Below are positions 37,612 to 47,425 of a stretch of DNA of 64,000 bases, piece by piece. Position 1 is the first letter of the stretch, and each line of letters opens with the position of its first letter. The translations under genes and the position numbers were made by a program. This DNA comes from Candidatus Sungiibacteriota bacterium (lineage in GTDB: Bacteria > Patescibacteriota > Minisyncoccia > Sungbacterales > HO2-52-23). The notes under the pieces were generated by a model. It saw only the letters and a program-made list of their open reading frames with translations. It searched no databases and was not told the DNA's origin. The stretch spans positions 60,342-124,341 of the forward strand of contig JACPBG010000002.1 in NCBI GenBank assembly GCA_016180435.1, written 5' to 3'.

Positions 37612-38352
37612 ATGGACGACATTGAATCACAAAACGAAGTAAAAACAGATGATAAAAAAGAAAATACATTTTTAATTCCGGCGTCAATCATTGTGGCCGG
37701 TGTTCTGATTGCGTTTGCGGTCTTTTATTCCGGACGCGGAGGAAATATGGCACCGTCGCGTCAGCCATCCGCGGCAAATAACACAGCACCCGCGGCTCCG
37801 GTTATCTCGGGAGATTTGGCTGATGACGATCCCACGCTTGGCAATCCGGACGCCCCGGTTACCATGGTTGAATTTAGTGATTTTCAGTGTCCGTTTTGCC
37901 GTTCCATGTGGCGCAATATCCTGCCGCAAATAAAAGAAAATTACATAAAAACCGGAAAAGTTAAATTTGTATACCGTGATTTTCCGTTAACATCCATTCA
38001 TCCCGGAGCAGAACCAGCGGCTTTGGCCGGCGAGTGTGCGGATGAGCAGGGAAAATTCTGGACTTTTCACGATAAAGTTTTCGAGGAACAGGATAAAAAA
38101 GGGCAGGGAACAGTGGAATTTGGCGCAGCGGATCTGAAACAATGGGCGCGCGCGGCAGGTTTGGATGGAGTTCAATTTGATTCTTGTCTGGGTTCGCGCA
38201 AATATGCGGATGAGGTTGCAAAGGACTTGCAGGACGGGGTAGCCGCCGGAGTTACCGGCACGCCCGCGACCTTTGTGAACGGCCGTTTGATTTCCGGCGC
38301 CCTTCCGTATGCGCAGTTTGAAGCGATAATTGAGGAGGCGTTCAAGAGATAG
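37612..38352 (+). CDS. DsbA-family thiol:disulfide oxidoreductase (membrane-anchored).
   Basis: N-terminal TM helix. FSDFQCPFCR active site (CPFC). Confidence 0.8.
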   Translation: MDDIESQNEVKTDDKKENTFLIPASIIVAGVLIAFAVFYSGRGGNMAPSRQPSAANNTAPAAPVISGDLADDDPTLGNPDAPVTMVEFSDFQCPFCRSMWRNILPQIKENYIKTGKVKFVYRDFPLTSIHPGAEPAALAGECADEQGKFWTFHDKVFEEQDKKGQGTVEFGAADLKQWARAAGLDGVQFDSCLGSRKYADEVAKDLQDGVAAGVTGTPATFVNGRLISGALPYAQFEAIIEEAFKR

Positions 38353-38401
38353 AATTAATTGGGCAATGGTAATTTATCTGGTAACGTGATATAATGGGTT
38401 T

Positions 38402-38617
38402 ATGAAGAAAACATATTTTACATCAGTTATATGGAAAGAAGGAAAATATTATGTTGCCCAGTGTCTTAATATTGATGTATCAAGTTTTGGTAAAACCAAA
38501 CGTGAAGCTCTAAAAAATCTGGAAGAGGCAGTGGAACTTTATTTGGAAGATAAACCGATTCGCGTTCAACGTGTTGTTTCGCCGTCTATTGTGGTGAGAG
38601 AATTGCAATATGCCTAA
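38402..38617 (+). CDS. hicB: HicB-like antitoxin.
   Basis: 71 aa. YFTSVIWKEGKYYVAQCLNIDVSSFGKTKREALKNLEEAVELYLE resembles HicB/UPF0150. Confidence 0.6.
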   Translation: MKKTYFTSVIWKEGKYYVAQCLNIDVSSFGKTKREALKNLEEAVELYLEDKPIRVQRVVSPSIVVRELQYA

Positions 38618-38822
38618 GTTGTTTTCATCGCGGCGTGTCATTCAGGTCCTGGAGCGCCAGGGCTTTGTTTTTATTTCTCAACGGGGAAGTCACGCCAAAT
38701 ATCGCAAAACCGGTCCGCATACATTTACCGCGATTGTCCCTGTTGGGAAAAAGGAGATTCCACACGGAACTTTTCGTTCTATTGTACGCCAATCAGGATT
38801 ACAGGAGGAGAATTTTGAATAA
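38610..38822 (+). CDS. hicA: HicA-like mRNA interferase toxin.
   Basis: 70 aa. VIQVLERQGFVFISQRGSHAKYRK matches HicA/YcfA. Overlaps hicB by 8 nt. Confidence 0.65.
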   Translation: MPKLFSSRRVIQVLERQGFVFISQRGSHAKYRKTGPHTFTAIVPVGKKEIPHGTFRSIVRQSGLQEENFE

Positions 38823-40593
38823 AATTATAAGCAATCAAGAAACAAAAATCTGTCAAAATTGTAAAAACGAGTTCACCATTGAATCGGTTGACTTTGCATT
38901 CTACGAAAAAATCCGTGTGCCGCCGCCCACCTGGTGTCCGGAGTGTAGGATGGTGCGGAGGATGGTGTTTAGAAACGAGCGCAAACTTTTTCGCATAAAA
39001 AGCGCGAAATCCGGCAAAGAAATTTTATCGTTAAATCCGCCGGAAGCCGGTGTTGCGGTTTATGATGAAAAAGAATGGTGGTCGGATGATTGGGATGCCC
39101 GAGAATACGGGAGAGAATATGATTTCTCGCGGCCGTTTTTTGATCAGTTTTTCGAGTTGTCGAGGGTTGTTCCGCGTTACAGCCGCGATGTCCTGAATAT
39201 GGTCAATAGCGATTATTCCGCCAATGCCGCTGATCTAAAAAATTGTTACCTTTTGTTTAACTCAAATTACAGCGAGGATTCTTCATACGGAAACGCCGTG
39301 GATAAATCACATTTTTGTTTTGATAATTCGCATATTCAAAAATGTGAAAGATGTTACGAGTCATTTTGGCTGGCAAATTGTTACCAGACCCATTTTTCCT
39401 CCAAGTGCGAGGATTGCCAGAGTGTATGGTTCTCAAAAAATTTACGCGGATGCAGCAATTGTTTCGGATGCGTGAATCTGCGCGGGAAAAATTACTGCAT
39501 TTTCAACAAGCAATATTCCAAAGAAGATTATATCAAAAAGTTGGAATCGTTTTCTTTGCATACTTTTTCCGGAATCACGGCAGTAAAGAAAACGGCGCTG
39601 GATTTTTGGTTAAAATTTCCCAACAAATATATTGAGGGCGTTAAAAATCTAAATTCATCCGGGGAATATGTTACGCATTCCAAAAATGTGCATCATGGTT
39701 ATTTGGTGCGTGAAGGGGAAGATTTGCGCTATGTCCAGTATGTGCAGCTGCCGCCCTCTAAAGATCTGATGGATATAACTGTCGGAGGGAACGGCATGGA
39801 ATTATCATATGAAAATGCGACAAGCGGTTGGGGCAGGGTTTATAACTTGAAATTTTGTGCGGAATGCTGGCCGGAGGTTCGGGATATGGAATATTCAATG
39901 TTTTGTACCTCATCCTCCAATCTTTTCGGGTGCGTGGGTCTTCATAAAAAAGAATTTTGCATTTTAAATAGGCAATATACGAAAGAATCCTTTGACCAGC
40001 TCAAGATAAAGATTATTAAACATATGGATGAAATGCCATATGTTGATTCGCGCGGCCGGGCGTATAAATATGGGGAGTTTTTTCCGCCGGAATTGTCGCC
40101 GTTTGCCTATAATCAAACTATTGCCATTGAGCATTTTCCTTTAACCAAAGAAGAAGCCGAGAAAGCGGGGTACAGATGGCAGGAGCCGACAAGGCGCGAA
40201 TATGAAATAACCATGACTGTGGATGAAATTCCGGATTCGATCAGGGATATCCGCGAAGACATTCTAAAAGAAGTTATTCAATGCGCGAGTTGCAAACGGG
40301 CGTATCGCCTGATACGTTCCGAATTGGAATTTTTGAAGAAAGAAGGCATTCCGGCGCCCAGAGTTTGCATTGACTGCCGGCATGACGAGCGTATCAGCCA
40401 AAGAAACAAAGCAATTTTTTATTCGCGCCGATGCGCGTGCAGCGGCCAAAATTCCGGGAACGGGGCGTATAAAAATACTGCTACTCATTTCCATGGTCCA
40501 AATCAGTGCCTTAATGAATTTAAAACAAGTTATGCGCCGGACAGGCCGGAGATAGTGTATTGCGAAGCGTGCTACAATTCTGAAGTTGTATAA
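38815..40593 (+). CDS. Cys-rich multi-zinc-ribbon protein, paralog A (probable TTG start; the long ORF-track N-terminus overlapping hicA is probably spurious).
   Basis: N-terminal CQNCKNEF...IRVPPPTWCPECR; internal repeats NCFGCVNLRGKNYCIFNKQY and NLFGCVGLHKKEFCILNRQY; C-terminal CASCKRAYRLI...CIDCR and YCEACYNSEVV. About 35% identical to 41377..43101 over the full length. Confidence 0.6.
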   Translation: MNKIISNQETKICQNCKNEFTIESVDFAFYEKIRVPPPTWCPECRMVRRMVFRNERKLFRIKSAKSGKEILSLNPPEAGVAVYDEKEWWSDDWDAREYGREYDFSRPFFDQFFELSRVVPRYSRDVLNMVNSDYSANAADLKNCYLLFNSNYSEDSSYGNAVDKSHFCFDNSHIQKCERCYESFWLANCYQTHFSSKCEDCQSVWFSKNLRGCSNCFGCVNLRGKNYCIFNKQYSKEDYIKKLESFSLHTFSGITAVKKTALDFWLKFPNKYIEGVKNLNSSGEYVTHSKNVHHGYLVREGEDLRYVQYVQLPPSKDLMDITVGGNGMELSYENATSGWGRVYNLKFCAECWPEVRDMEYSMFCTSSSNLFGCVGLHKKEFCILNRQYTKESFDQLKIKIIKHMDEMPYVDSRGRAYKYGEFFPPELSPFAYNQTIAIEHFPLTKEEAEKAGYRWQEPTRREYEITMTVDEIPDSIRDIREDILKEVIQCASCKRAYRLIRSELEFLKKEGIPAPRVCIDCRHDERISQRNKAIFYSRRCACSGQNSGNGAYKNTATHFHGPNQCLNEFKTSYAPDRPEIVYCEACYNSEVV

Positions 40594-40785
40594 TGAAAGC
40601 ACGCGGAGTCCCGCCTCAATTCAAGAATTGATTTTGTATATAGATGTAGTAAGCCGAAGGCGTTGCTGCGCTATGATCCTAATTTTACTGCTGACTTCGC
40701 ACGGAATTGAGGCGGACGAAAATTGCTACAATAATGAAGTGGTATGATGTTTGACCGTTATATCTATGTTTGTTATTATTGAACC

Positions 40786-41013
40786 ATGGCTAATCATAAG
40801 CGACAATTTGTACATTATGATCCGGAGGCTGACGTTATTGCCATGTATAACGGTAAGGGGCGTGAAGAGGAGTTCGTGGAAGTGGCGCCCAATGTTTCTT
40901 TAGAATTAGACAAAAAAGGGTCGGTAATCGGTATTGAAATTTTGAACGCATCTAAAGTGTTGCGTCCTTTTTGGAACTCATTGCGTAAACGGCAATCTTC
41001 TTACATAAAGTAA
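40786..41013 (+). CDS. DUF2283-like small protein (antitoxin-like partner).
   Basis: YDPEADVIAMY...GSVIGIEILNAS pattern typical of DUF2283. Confidence 0.55.
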   Translation: MANHKRQFVHYDPEADVIAMYNGKGREEEFVEVAPNVSLELDKKGSVIGIEILNASKVLRPFWNSLRKRQSSYIK

Positions 41014-41304
41014 ATGGAAGTTCGCTACAGTCAACATCTTGAAATTCGTCTCACAATGCGCGGCATACCACACGAGTTGCCGCGCATTGTATATGAAAAT
41101 GCCAAGCGGCGGTTTCATGATACTGACTCGGATCTTGACATTGCGGTGCTGCGTACCGCTTTTTACGGACGGCAACGGGATGTTGTGGTTGCCTATCGTA
41201 TATATTCAGATTATGTTTTGCTGATTACTATCCACCCACTTAAAGAAGGACAATTCGAAAACCGGATTCGCTCTGGACGTTGGACGGAGATTCCATCGTT
41301 ATGA
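41014..41304 (+). CDS. DUF4258-like protein (toxin-like partner of DUF2283).
   Basis: Starts 1 nt after the upstream stop. YSQHLEIRLTMRGIPHELPRIVYENA fits the DUF4258 H...R...RGI pattern. Confidence 0.5.
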   Translation: MEVRYSQHLEIRLTMRGIPHELPRIVYENAKRRFHDTDSDLDIAVLRTAFYGRQRDVVVAYRIYSDYVLLITIHPLKEGQFENRIRSGRWTEIPSL

Positions 41305-41376
41305 GTTGTGATGTAAAAGAATATTTACCCTCCCAAATTTTACAAAGTAAAACTTGGGAGGGCGGGCGAAAAAAAT

Positions 41377-43101
41377 ATGACACGACAATGCCAAAATTGT
41401 AACCAGAGCTTTGAAATTGCCCCCGAGGACCTTTCGTTTTACGACCGCATTCATGTCCCGCCGCCCACCTGGTGTCCAAGATGCCGGTTTCAGAGACGGC
41501 TCGCATTTTTTAATTTAACCGCGCTTTACAAGCGAAAATGCGATCTTTGCGGCGAGGAAAAAATTTCCATTTATCGTCCGGATGCGCCTTATAGAGTTTA
41601 TTGTCCGCCCTGCTGGTGGTCGGATAAGTGGGACCCTATGCAATATGGACGTGATTACGATTTTTCACGATCGTTTTTTGAGCAATACGCTGATCTTGTG
41701 CATGAGGTCCCGCACTGCGGCTTGGCAACTGACCATACGACGGTCATCAATTCAACCTATACCAATCACGCCGGAAATCTCAAAAATTGCTATTTGTTAT
41801 TCCAGGCGGATTTTAATGAGGACTGCGCGCACGGAGTATATGTTAAAAATTCAAGGTCCACGCTTGATTCCTCATTGATATTGAAATCCGAACTCTGCTA
41901 TGACTCCATGCACTCATATAAAAATAGCCATTGTGCGGGACTGCGAAGCCAGGTGACCAATTCGCTTGATTGTTACTTTCTCAAGGACTCATTTAATTGC
42001 CAGTATTGTTTTGCATCCGCCAATTTGCGAAATCGGAAGCATGTTATTTTTAATAAGCAATATTCTCCGGAAGATTATTTTAAGGAAATCGCGAGATGGG
42101 ATTTAGGTTCGTACGCCAAGTATCAAGAGATCAAATGTCTTGCCGAGGCGCACTGGAAAACTTTGCCGCCCAAGCCGCATATGGATGATTTTTCCGTAAA
42201 TTCATCGGGCAGCCATTACTTCCAGTGCAAAAACTGCAAGGATTGTTTTGAGGTGTGGGGCGAGGCCGAAGACAGTAAGTTTCTTTTTATGCTTTCCATT
42301 CCTCCGTTGAAAGATTGTTACGACGTATCAACCTGGGGCAATAATTTGCAGTTATCGTATGAATCATATGCAGTGGGCGAGCAGGGCGCCAATCTTAAAT
42401 TTTGTGCGGAGTCGGGTATCAATGCGCATTTACTGGAATATTGCAAGTTTACATTCGGAGGGGTGGAGGATTTCGGATGCGTTGGGTTGCGAAAGAAACA
42501 ATACTGTATCTTGAATAAACAATATACGAAAGAGGAGTATGAGAAAATGGTGCCAAAAATCAAGAAGCATATGGATGAAATGCCGTATATTTCAGAAATC
42601 CGAAATCCGAAGCACGAAATCCGAAAGATAATATATAAATACGGGGAATTTTTTCCGATAGAATTGAGTCCGTTTCCTTATAACGATACTGTGGCGCATA
42701 ATTTTTTCCCGCTTACCAAAGAAGATGCGTTGGCACGGGGATATAAATGGGGCGATAAAGAAAAAAGAGCTTATCCCATCACAATAAAGGCAAGCGATCT
42801 GCCGGATCATATCAAAGATGCGCCAGGTACCATTTTACAGGAAGTGATAGAATGTGTTGCATGCGGCCGGGGATTTAGAATCATTCCGATGGAGTTTAAA
42901 TTTTTACGAAAAATGAATTTGCCTTTGCCTCGGCAATGCCCGTTTTGCCGGATTGATGAGAAATTCACACTGTGGGTTAAAGATTTACGGGTTATCCCGC
43001 GGACGTGCGATAAGTGCGGCACATCGCTCACGACCAATTACACGCAAGAGGAAGCCCCTGTGATTTATTGCAAAGCATGCTATAATAATGAAGTAATATA
43101 A
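41377..43101 (+). CDS. Cys-rich multi-zinc-ribbon protein, paralog B.
   Basis: CQNCNQSFEIAPEDLSFYDRIHVPPPTWCPRCRFQRR; repeats NCQYCFASANLRNRKHVIFNKQY and DFGCVGLRKKQYCILNKQY; C-terminal YCKACYNNEVI. Confidence 0.65.
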   Translation: MTRQCQNCNQSFEIAPEDLSFYDRIHVPPPTWCPRCRFQRRLAFFNLTALYKRKCDLCGEEKISIYRPDAPYRVYCPPCWWSDKWDPMQYGRDYDFSRSFFEQYADLVHEVPHCGLATDHTTVINSTYTNHAGNLKNCYLLFQADFNEDCAHGVYVKNSRSTLDSSLILKSELCYDSMHSYKNSHCAGLRSQVTNSLDCYFLKDSFNCQYCFASANLRNRKHVIFNKQYSPEDYFKEIARWDLGSYAKYQEIKCLAEAHWKTLPPKPHMDDFSVNSSGSHYFQCKNCKDCFEVWGEAEDSKFLFMLSIPPLKDCYDVSTWGNNLQLSYESYAVGEQGANLKFCAESGINAHLLEYCKFTFGGVEDFGCVGLRKKQYCILNKQYTKEEYEKMVPKIKKHMDEMPYISEIRNPKHEIRKIIYKYGEFFPIELSPFPYNDTVAHNFFPLTKEDALARGYKWGDKEKRAYPITIKASDLPDHIKDAPGTILQEVIECVACGRGFRIIPMEFKFLRKMNLPLPRQCPFCRIDEKFTLWVKDLRVIPRTCDKCGTSLTTNYTQEEAPVIYCKACYNNEVI

Positions 43102-43276
43102 ATAATTGCGAACAGCGCGAACCGAATTGTTATAGAGTGTAAGTTTTAGAAGCCAGTCTGGTTTTGGGGTATTAGTTTTAAGGCCTTATACCTAAAACCC
43201 CATGACTATACGGGCATCTACAACCTAAACCCATAGACAATTCAGATGTTAGTGCTGTTAGTGTTTCATTAAATAT

Positions 43277-43510
43277 ATGGCTAATGTAAAAATCTATACC
43301 ACTCCATCCTGCGTTTACTGCAAAATGGCCAAGGAGTTTTTCAAAAATAATAATGTCGCGTATGAGGAAAAAAACGTGGCCCAAGATGCGGCGGCGCGGG
43401 ATGAGATGATTCAAAAATCCGGCCAGCTCGGGGTACCGGTCATAGACATTGACGGGAAAATTATCGTGGGATTTGATCAGCCGGAGTTAAAAGAAGCGCT
43501 TCATATATGA
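43277..43510 (+). CDS. Glutaredoxin/NrdH-like redoxin.
   Basis: KIYTTPSCVYCKMAKEFF...GVPVIDIDGKIIVGFD. Confidence 0.8.
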   Translation: MANVKIYTTPSCVYCKMAKEFFKNNNVAYEEKNVAQDAAARDEMIQKSGQLGVPVIDIDGKIIVGFDQPELKEALHI

Positions 43511-44058
43511 GCGGCAAGATATTTTGGTTTATTATAGCGATTGTTATGGCCGCGGGGGTTGTTTATTATATTTTAAGCTGGCGCGGAGCGGTTGATATGC
43601 CTGTCCCTCCGACGGCTAAGCCAATGCCGGAATTAATCTTTAGCGATTATGAGGGGAAGATTGTTAATTTATCCGAATTTCGAGGCCCGCTTCGCTCTCG
43701 CGAAAGCGAGGCGAGCAAGCCGTTGATAATAAACGTCTGGGCTTCATGGTGTTCATATTGTAAAAAAGAATTATCGGATTTTGCCGTAATCCAGCAGGAA
43801 TTCGGTGAAAAAATCACGGTGATTGCGATTGATCGCAGAGAAACGCCCGAGGCCGTTAAAAAGTATTCCGATGATCTGGGCGTGACCGGAAAAATTATTT
43901 TACTGCTTGATCCGGATGATTCTTTATATAAAGCCATCAGTGGTTTTTCCATGCCCGAAACCTTATTTGTGGACCGTGAAGGATCTATTCGTTATCATAA
44001 GCGCGGCCCCATGGAGTTAGAAGAAATTAGAAGGAGGGCGCAGAAAATTTTATTATAA
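43507..44058 (+). CDS. TlpA/ResA-like membrane-anchored thioredoxin, carrying an in-frame GC-palindrome insertion.
   Basis: N-terminal TM helix and the WASWCSYCKKE active site. The PLRSRESEAS segment is encoded by cgcttcgctctcgcgaaagcgaggcgagc. Confidence 0.75.
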   Translation: MSGKIFWFIIAIVMAAGVVYYILSWRGAVDMPVPPTAKPMPELIFSDYEGKIVNLSEFRGPLRSRESEASKPLIINVWASWCSYCKKELSDFAVIQQEFGEKITVIAIDRRETPEAVKKYSDDLGVTGKIILLLDPDDSLYKAISGFSMPETLFVDREGSIRYHKRGPMELEEIRRRAQKILL

Positions 44059-44076
44059 AAAGTAAGTATTAATGTT

Positions 44077-44835
44077 ATGGAAATAATTCGATGTCAAAAT
44101 AATATGGATGCGTTGCGGCGCGCTGGTAATGTGATCAATCTTTCTTTTGAATCCTGCGAGCCGAGTCCGGCGCTTTTTCTCGTATCCGGCGGGTCTGCTT
44201 TCCACTTGCTCAAAGGAATAAATATCGGGCATTTCGGCGCTCGTATAACCATAAGCGTTTTGGATGAGCGCTACAGTCCGGACATTTCTGCCAGTAATTT
44301 TTTGTCTCTGCAAAGTTCTTCATTTTATCTTCAAGCCCAGCAGGCCGGCGCCGTCTTTTTGCATCCCTGGGGCGGAAAGACCAATGATGTTATCGCTGAA
44401 GAATGGCGTCAGGGCAAGGTACTTGAGGGATTGCAGGAAAGCGTCCGTTCGTACGAATCAGAGCTTCGCGCTTGGAAAGAGGCGCATCCGGACGGGAAAA
44501 TTTTTGCAACGCAAGGCATTGGAAACGATGGACATACTGCTGGCATTCTGCCGTATCCGGAAAATCCGGCGTTATTTCATAAAATATTTGAGGACGGAGA
44601 AAAATGGGTGGCGGGGTATGATACCACGCCGCAAAAAAGTTTGACTCCTTTGCGTATCACTTTGCGCTTGCCTTTTTTGCGCAACGAAATTCACCAATCA
44701 ATCGTATATGTTGCAGGCGAGGACAAAAGAATTGCGCTTGAAAGAGTATTGCAAGATTCCGGATCGCTGGCTGAAACACCGGCGCGTATTTTGCGTGAGA
44801 TGAAAGATGCCCGCATATTCACCGATATTGCCTAA
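44077..44835 (+). CDS. 6-phosphogluconolactonase / glucosamine-6-phosphate deaminase family protein.
   Basis: GIGNDGHTAGILP matches the GxGxDGHTAS motif of the Pgl/NagB family. Confidence 0.6.
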   Translation: MEIIRCQNNMDALRRAGNVINLSFESCEPSPALFLVSGGSAFHLLKGINIGHFGARITISVLDERYSPDISASNFLSLQSSSFYLQAQQAGAVFLHPWGGKTNDVIAEEWRQGKVLEGLQESVRSYESELRAWKEAHPDGKIFATQGIGNDGHTAGILPYPENPALFHKIFEDGEKWVAGYDTTPQKSLTPLRITLRLPFLRNEIHQSIVYVAGEDKRIALERVLQDSGSLAETPARILREMKDARIFTDIA

Positions 44836-44838
44836 ATT

Positions 44839-46032
44839 ATGTCTAAAATATCCACTCCGGGGCTTATTATTTTAGGGATTGCGCTTATTGCTGGAAGCGC
44901 GTACTGGTTTTGGCTTGATGATATTAAGCCACGGCTTGCGGATAATGATAAAATTGTCTGTATTCAAGACGCTAAACTCTGCCCCGACGGTTCAAAAGTC
45001 GGCCGCACCGGCCCGAGTTGCGAGTTTGCGTCTTGCCCGCCGCCACCCGTAGACCCGTCAAAAATTAAGGTTGATGATCATCAAGATGATATTTCGTATC
45101 TGCCAAGTTCCATATCCGGCTGGAAAAAATATAAGAACGGCAAATATGGTTTTGAATTTGATCTGCCTGAAGAATGGAGTGTCAAAGATGCCACCGGTGG
45201 TTTGCTGTCAAAAGGTAGCACGGAAAAATTTTATACCGCTTCGCCCGTACCTTATGACCATATTTTCGCCGTTTTAATTAAAACGAAATCCGTAGAAGAA
45301 TTAATTCAGCCGTATAAAAATAATTTAAACGCCGATCTCAATCAAAAAATTTTAGGAATTGAAAATATCGAAAAATTCGGACACCATACCGTGAGATTAA
45401 GATTGCAAAATATAACTACGGGACAGAAATTTTCTGAATATTTCGTTCGGCCATTCGGGCATAATTGGACATTCATTATAATCGGCGAAGGTGACGTTAC
45501 GCATCCTTATCATGATGTCGGCAACGAAATTGTTAATACTTTTAAATTTGTTGAACCGATAGATACCTCAACCTGGAAAACCTATCGTAACGAAAAATAC
45601 GGGTTTGAGGTGAAGTATCCAAGAGAGTGGGGAGAGGTTAAATTTCAAGCATTTGATCGGCTTTCCGGAAGTTGTATTGCACAAGGGATTGTTATTCGCG
45701 GTTCATTTACAAATAAAAAATTAAATTATTTTTGTAGCGAGTCTTTAGATTACAAACCGTGCGGCGATAGAGGCGGCTCTGTTTGTGATATCAAGAACTT
45801 CACTATCGAGAACGGTCAAATAGCAGATAACTCAGGAGGTAAGTATGACATTCTAAAAAGCGTAAAAACCAGTTCCGCGGGCATTGAAGGATATATTTTT
45901 GTAGATCCATATGGAGATATAGTAGGAATCATTAAATTTACGCATGGCGAGCTAGGCACCATTTCTTTCGGTTCTTACGAAGATGTTTTAATTTTAGAAC
46001 AAATCCTTTCCACTTTTAAATTTTTGAAATAA
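44839..46032 (+). CDS. Hypothetical secreted protein with an internal duplication.
   Basis: N-terminal TM helix. Repeated WKKYKNGKYGFEFDLPEEW and WKTYRNEKYGFEVKYPREW modules. Confidence 0.45.
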   Translation: MSKISTPGLIILGIALIAGSAYWFWLDDIKPRLADNDKIVCIQDAKLCPDGSKVGRTGPSCEFASCPPPPVDPSKIKVDDHQDDISYLPSSISGWKKYKNGKYGFEFDLPEEWSVKDATGGLLSKGSTEKFYTASPVPYDHIFAVLIKTKSVEELIQPYKNNLNADLNQKILGIENIEKFGHHTVRLRLQNITTGQKFSEYFVRPFGHNWTFIIIGEGDVTHPYHDVGNEIVNTFKFVEPIDTSTWKTYRNEKYGFEVKYPREWGEVKFQAFDRLSGSCIAQGIVIRGSFTNKKLNYFCSESLDYKPCGDRGGSVCDIKNFTIENGQIADNSGGKYDILKSVKTSSAGIEGYIFVDPYGDIVGIIKFTHGELGTISFGSYEDVLILEQILSTFKFLK

Positions 46033-46076
46033 AGCGTCGGTTTGACGGAGAGCATTAAATTGTCTATTATAAATAT

Positions 46077-46286
46077 ATGAATACGGTTACTATACCTAAA
46101 AAAGAATACTATACTCTTGTGAGTCGTCAGGAAAAGATGGAAGAAGAGCTGGACATTCTGAAGACAATGGTTCGCGCCGAAATAGATGAGGGATATATAC
46201 GTCCTACAATATTGCGCCGCTGGGAGCGAATCAGCCGTGACCTTGACCGTGGAAAAGGGCGCGTATTTAATTTTCATGATGTATGA
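46077..46286 (+). CDS. Small hypothetical protein.
   Basis: 69-aa ORF ending at the PGI/PMI start. Confidence 0.3.
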   Translation: MNTVTIPKKEYYTLVSRQEKMEEELDILKTMVRAEIDEGYIRPTILRRWERISRDLDRGKGRVFNFHDV

Positions 46287-47247
46287 CTCCATTAAAAATT
46301 TTAATCAGCAGTTTCTGTTTGAGCCGAAAATTGAGAATAAGGCCTGTTTGGGAAAATATGGGTATTTTGTGATTGCCGGAATGGGCGGATCTGGTCTTGC
46401 GGCAGAACTTCTTTTAACTTATGATCCGGCATTGCCTGTTATCATCCATAAAGATTATGGCCTGCCGGAAATTGCAATTCGAGACAGAAAAAAAACCCTT
46501 GTTATCGTTGATTCTTATTCGGGCAATACCGAGGAGGCGCTGGATGCTTTTAGGACGGCTCGAGCGCGTGGTTTTCCACTTGCCGCAATCTCTATCGGCG
46601 GCAAGCTTTTGGATCTGGCGCGTAAATATAACGTGCCGTACGTGCAGATGCCGGATATCGGGATACAGCCGCGGATGGGCCTCGGATTTAATTTTGGGGC
46701 GCTTCTTAAAATAATACGAAAAGAGCAGGCACTGGCTGCAACCAATAAATTATATAATTTTATTAATGCGTCGTTTTATCGTACAAAGGGGATTGTCTTG
46801 GCAAAAAAATTACGAAAAAACGTTCCGATTATTTACGCTTCAATGCGTAACCGCGCAATAGGATATGCCTGGAAAATAAAACTTAATGAAACCGGGAAAA
46901 TTCCGGCATTTGCGAATGTTTTGCCGGAACTTAATCATAATGAAATGAATGGTTTTGACTCGGTTTCAAAAACGCGGGAACTCTCCAGTAATTTTCATTT
47001 TATTTTCTTAAAAGACACGAAGGATCATCCGCGGATTCAATTGCGTATGAAAGTGCTTGAGAAGCTTTATCGTAGCCGTAAGCTTCCGGTGGAAATAGTT
47101 CAGCTGGCCGGGCGCAACCGCGCCCATGCCGTTTTCTCATCATTGCTTCTGGCGGATTGGACCGCGCTTTTCTTGGCCGAATACTATGGCGTTGAACCGG
47201 AACAGGTGCCCATGGTGGAGGAATTCAAGATTTTAATCAGCGAATAA
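46276..47247 (+). CDS. Bifunctional phosphoglucose/phosphomannose isomerase (SIS domain).
   Basis: GMGGSGLAAELL and SYSGNTEE SIS motifs. Confidence 0.7.
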   Translation: MMYDSIKNFNQQFLFEPKIENKACLGKYGYFVIAGMGGSGLAAELLLTYDPALPVIIHKDYGLPEIAIRDRKKTLVIVDSYSGNTEEALDAFRTARARGFPLAAISIGGKLLDLARKYNVPYVQMPDIGIQPRMGLGFNFGALLKIIRKEQALAATNKLYNFINASFYRTKGIVLAKKLRKNVPIIYASMRNRAIGYAWKIKLNETGKIPAFANVLPELNHNEMNGFDSVSKTRELSSNFHFIFLKDTKDHPRIQLRMKVLEKLYRSRKLPVEIVQLAGRNRAHAVFSSLLLADWTALFLAEYYGVEPEQVPMVEEFKILISE

Positions 47248-47261
47248 CGAATTTTTAACTT

Positions 47262-47410
47262 GATAATTTCGATCAGCTTGCTGGTCGGTCATCATCGGTA
47301 GGTTCTCGACAGGCTCGAACAATATTTATAGTGAGCCGCGTCGAACTATTCTTCGAGCGAAGTCGAGAAGATACCTTTGATACCGACCTGCTTGCAGGTC
47401 GGAGGTTCAT
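47262..47410. repeat. Family F ~150-bp structured element (nested inverted repeats; terminal hairpin ccgacctgc-tt-gcaggtcgg).
   Basis: Second copy at 63700..63850. Confidence 0.7.
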
Positions 47411-47425
47411 TACGGGAATAATTTT

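Noticed and set aside
38635-38814. Long N-terminal extension of Cys-rich paralog A as given by the ORF track (start 38635)
   Set aside because: It overlaps hicA in another frame. The paralog aligns only from MNKIISNQETKICQNC onward, and a TTG with an upstream GGAGGAG sits at 38815.
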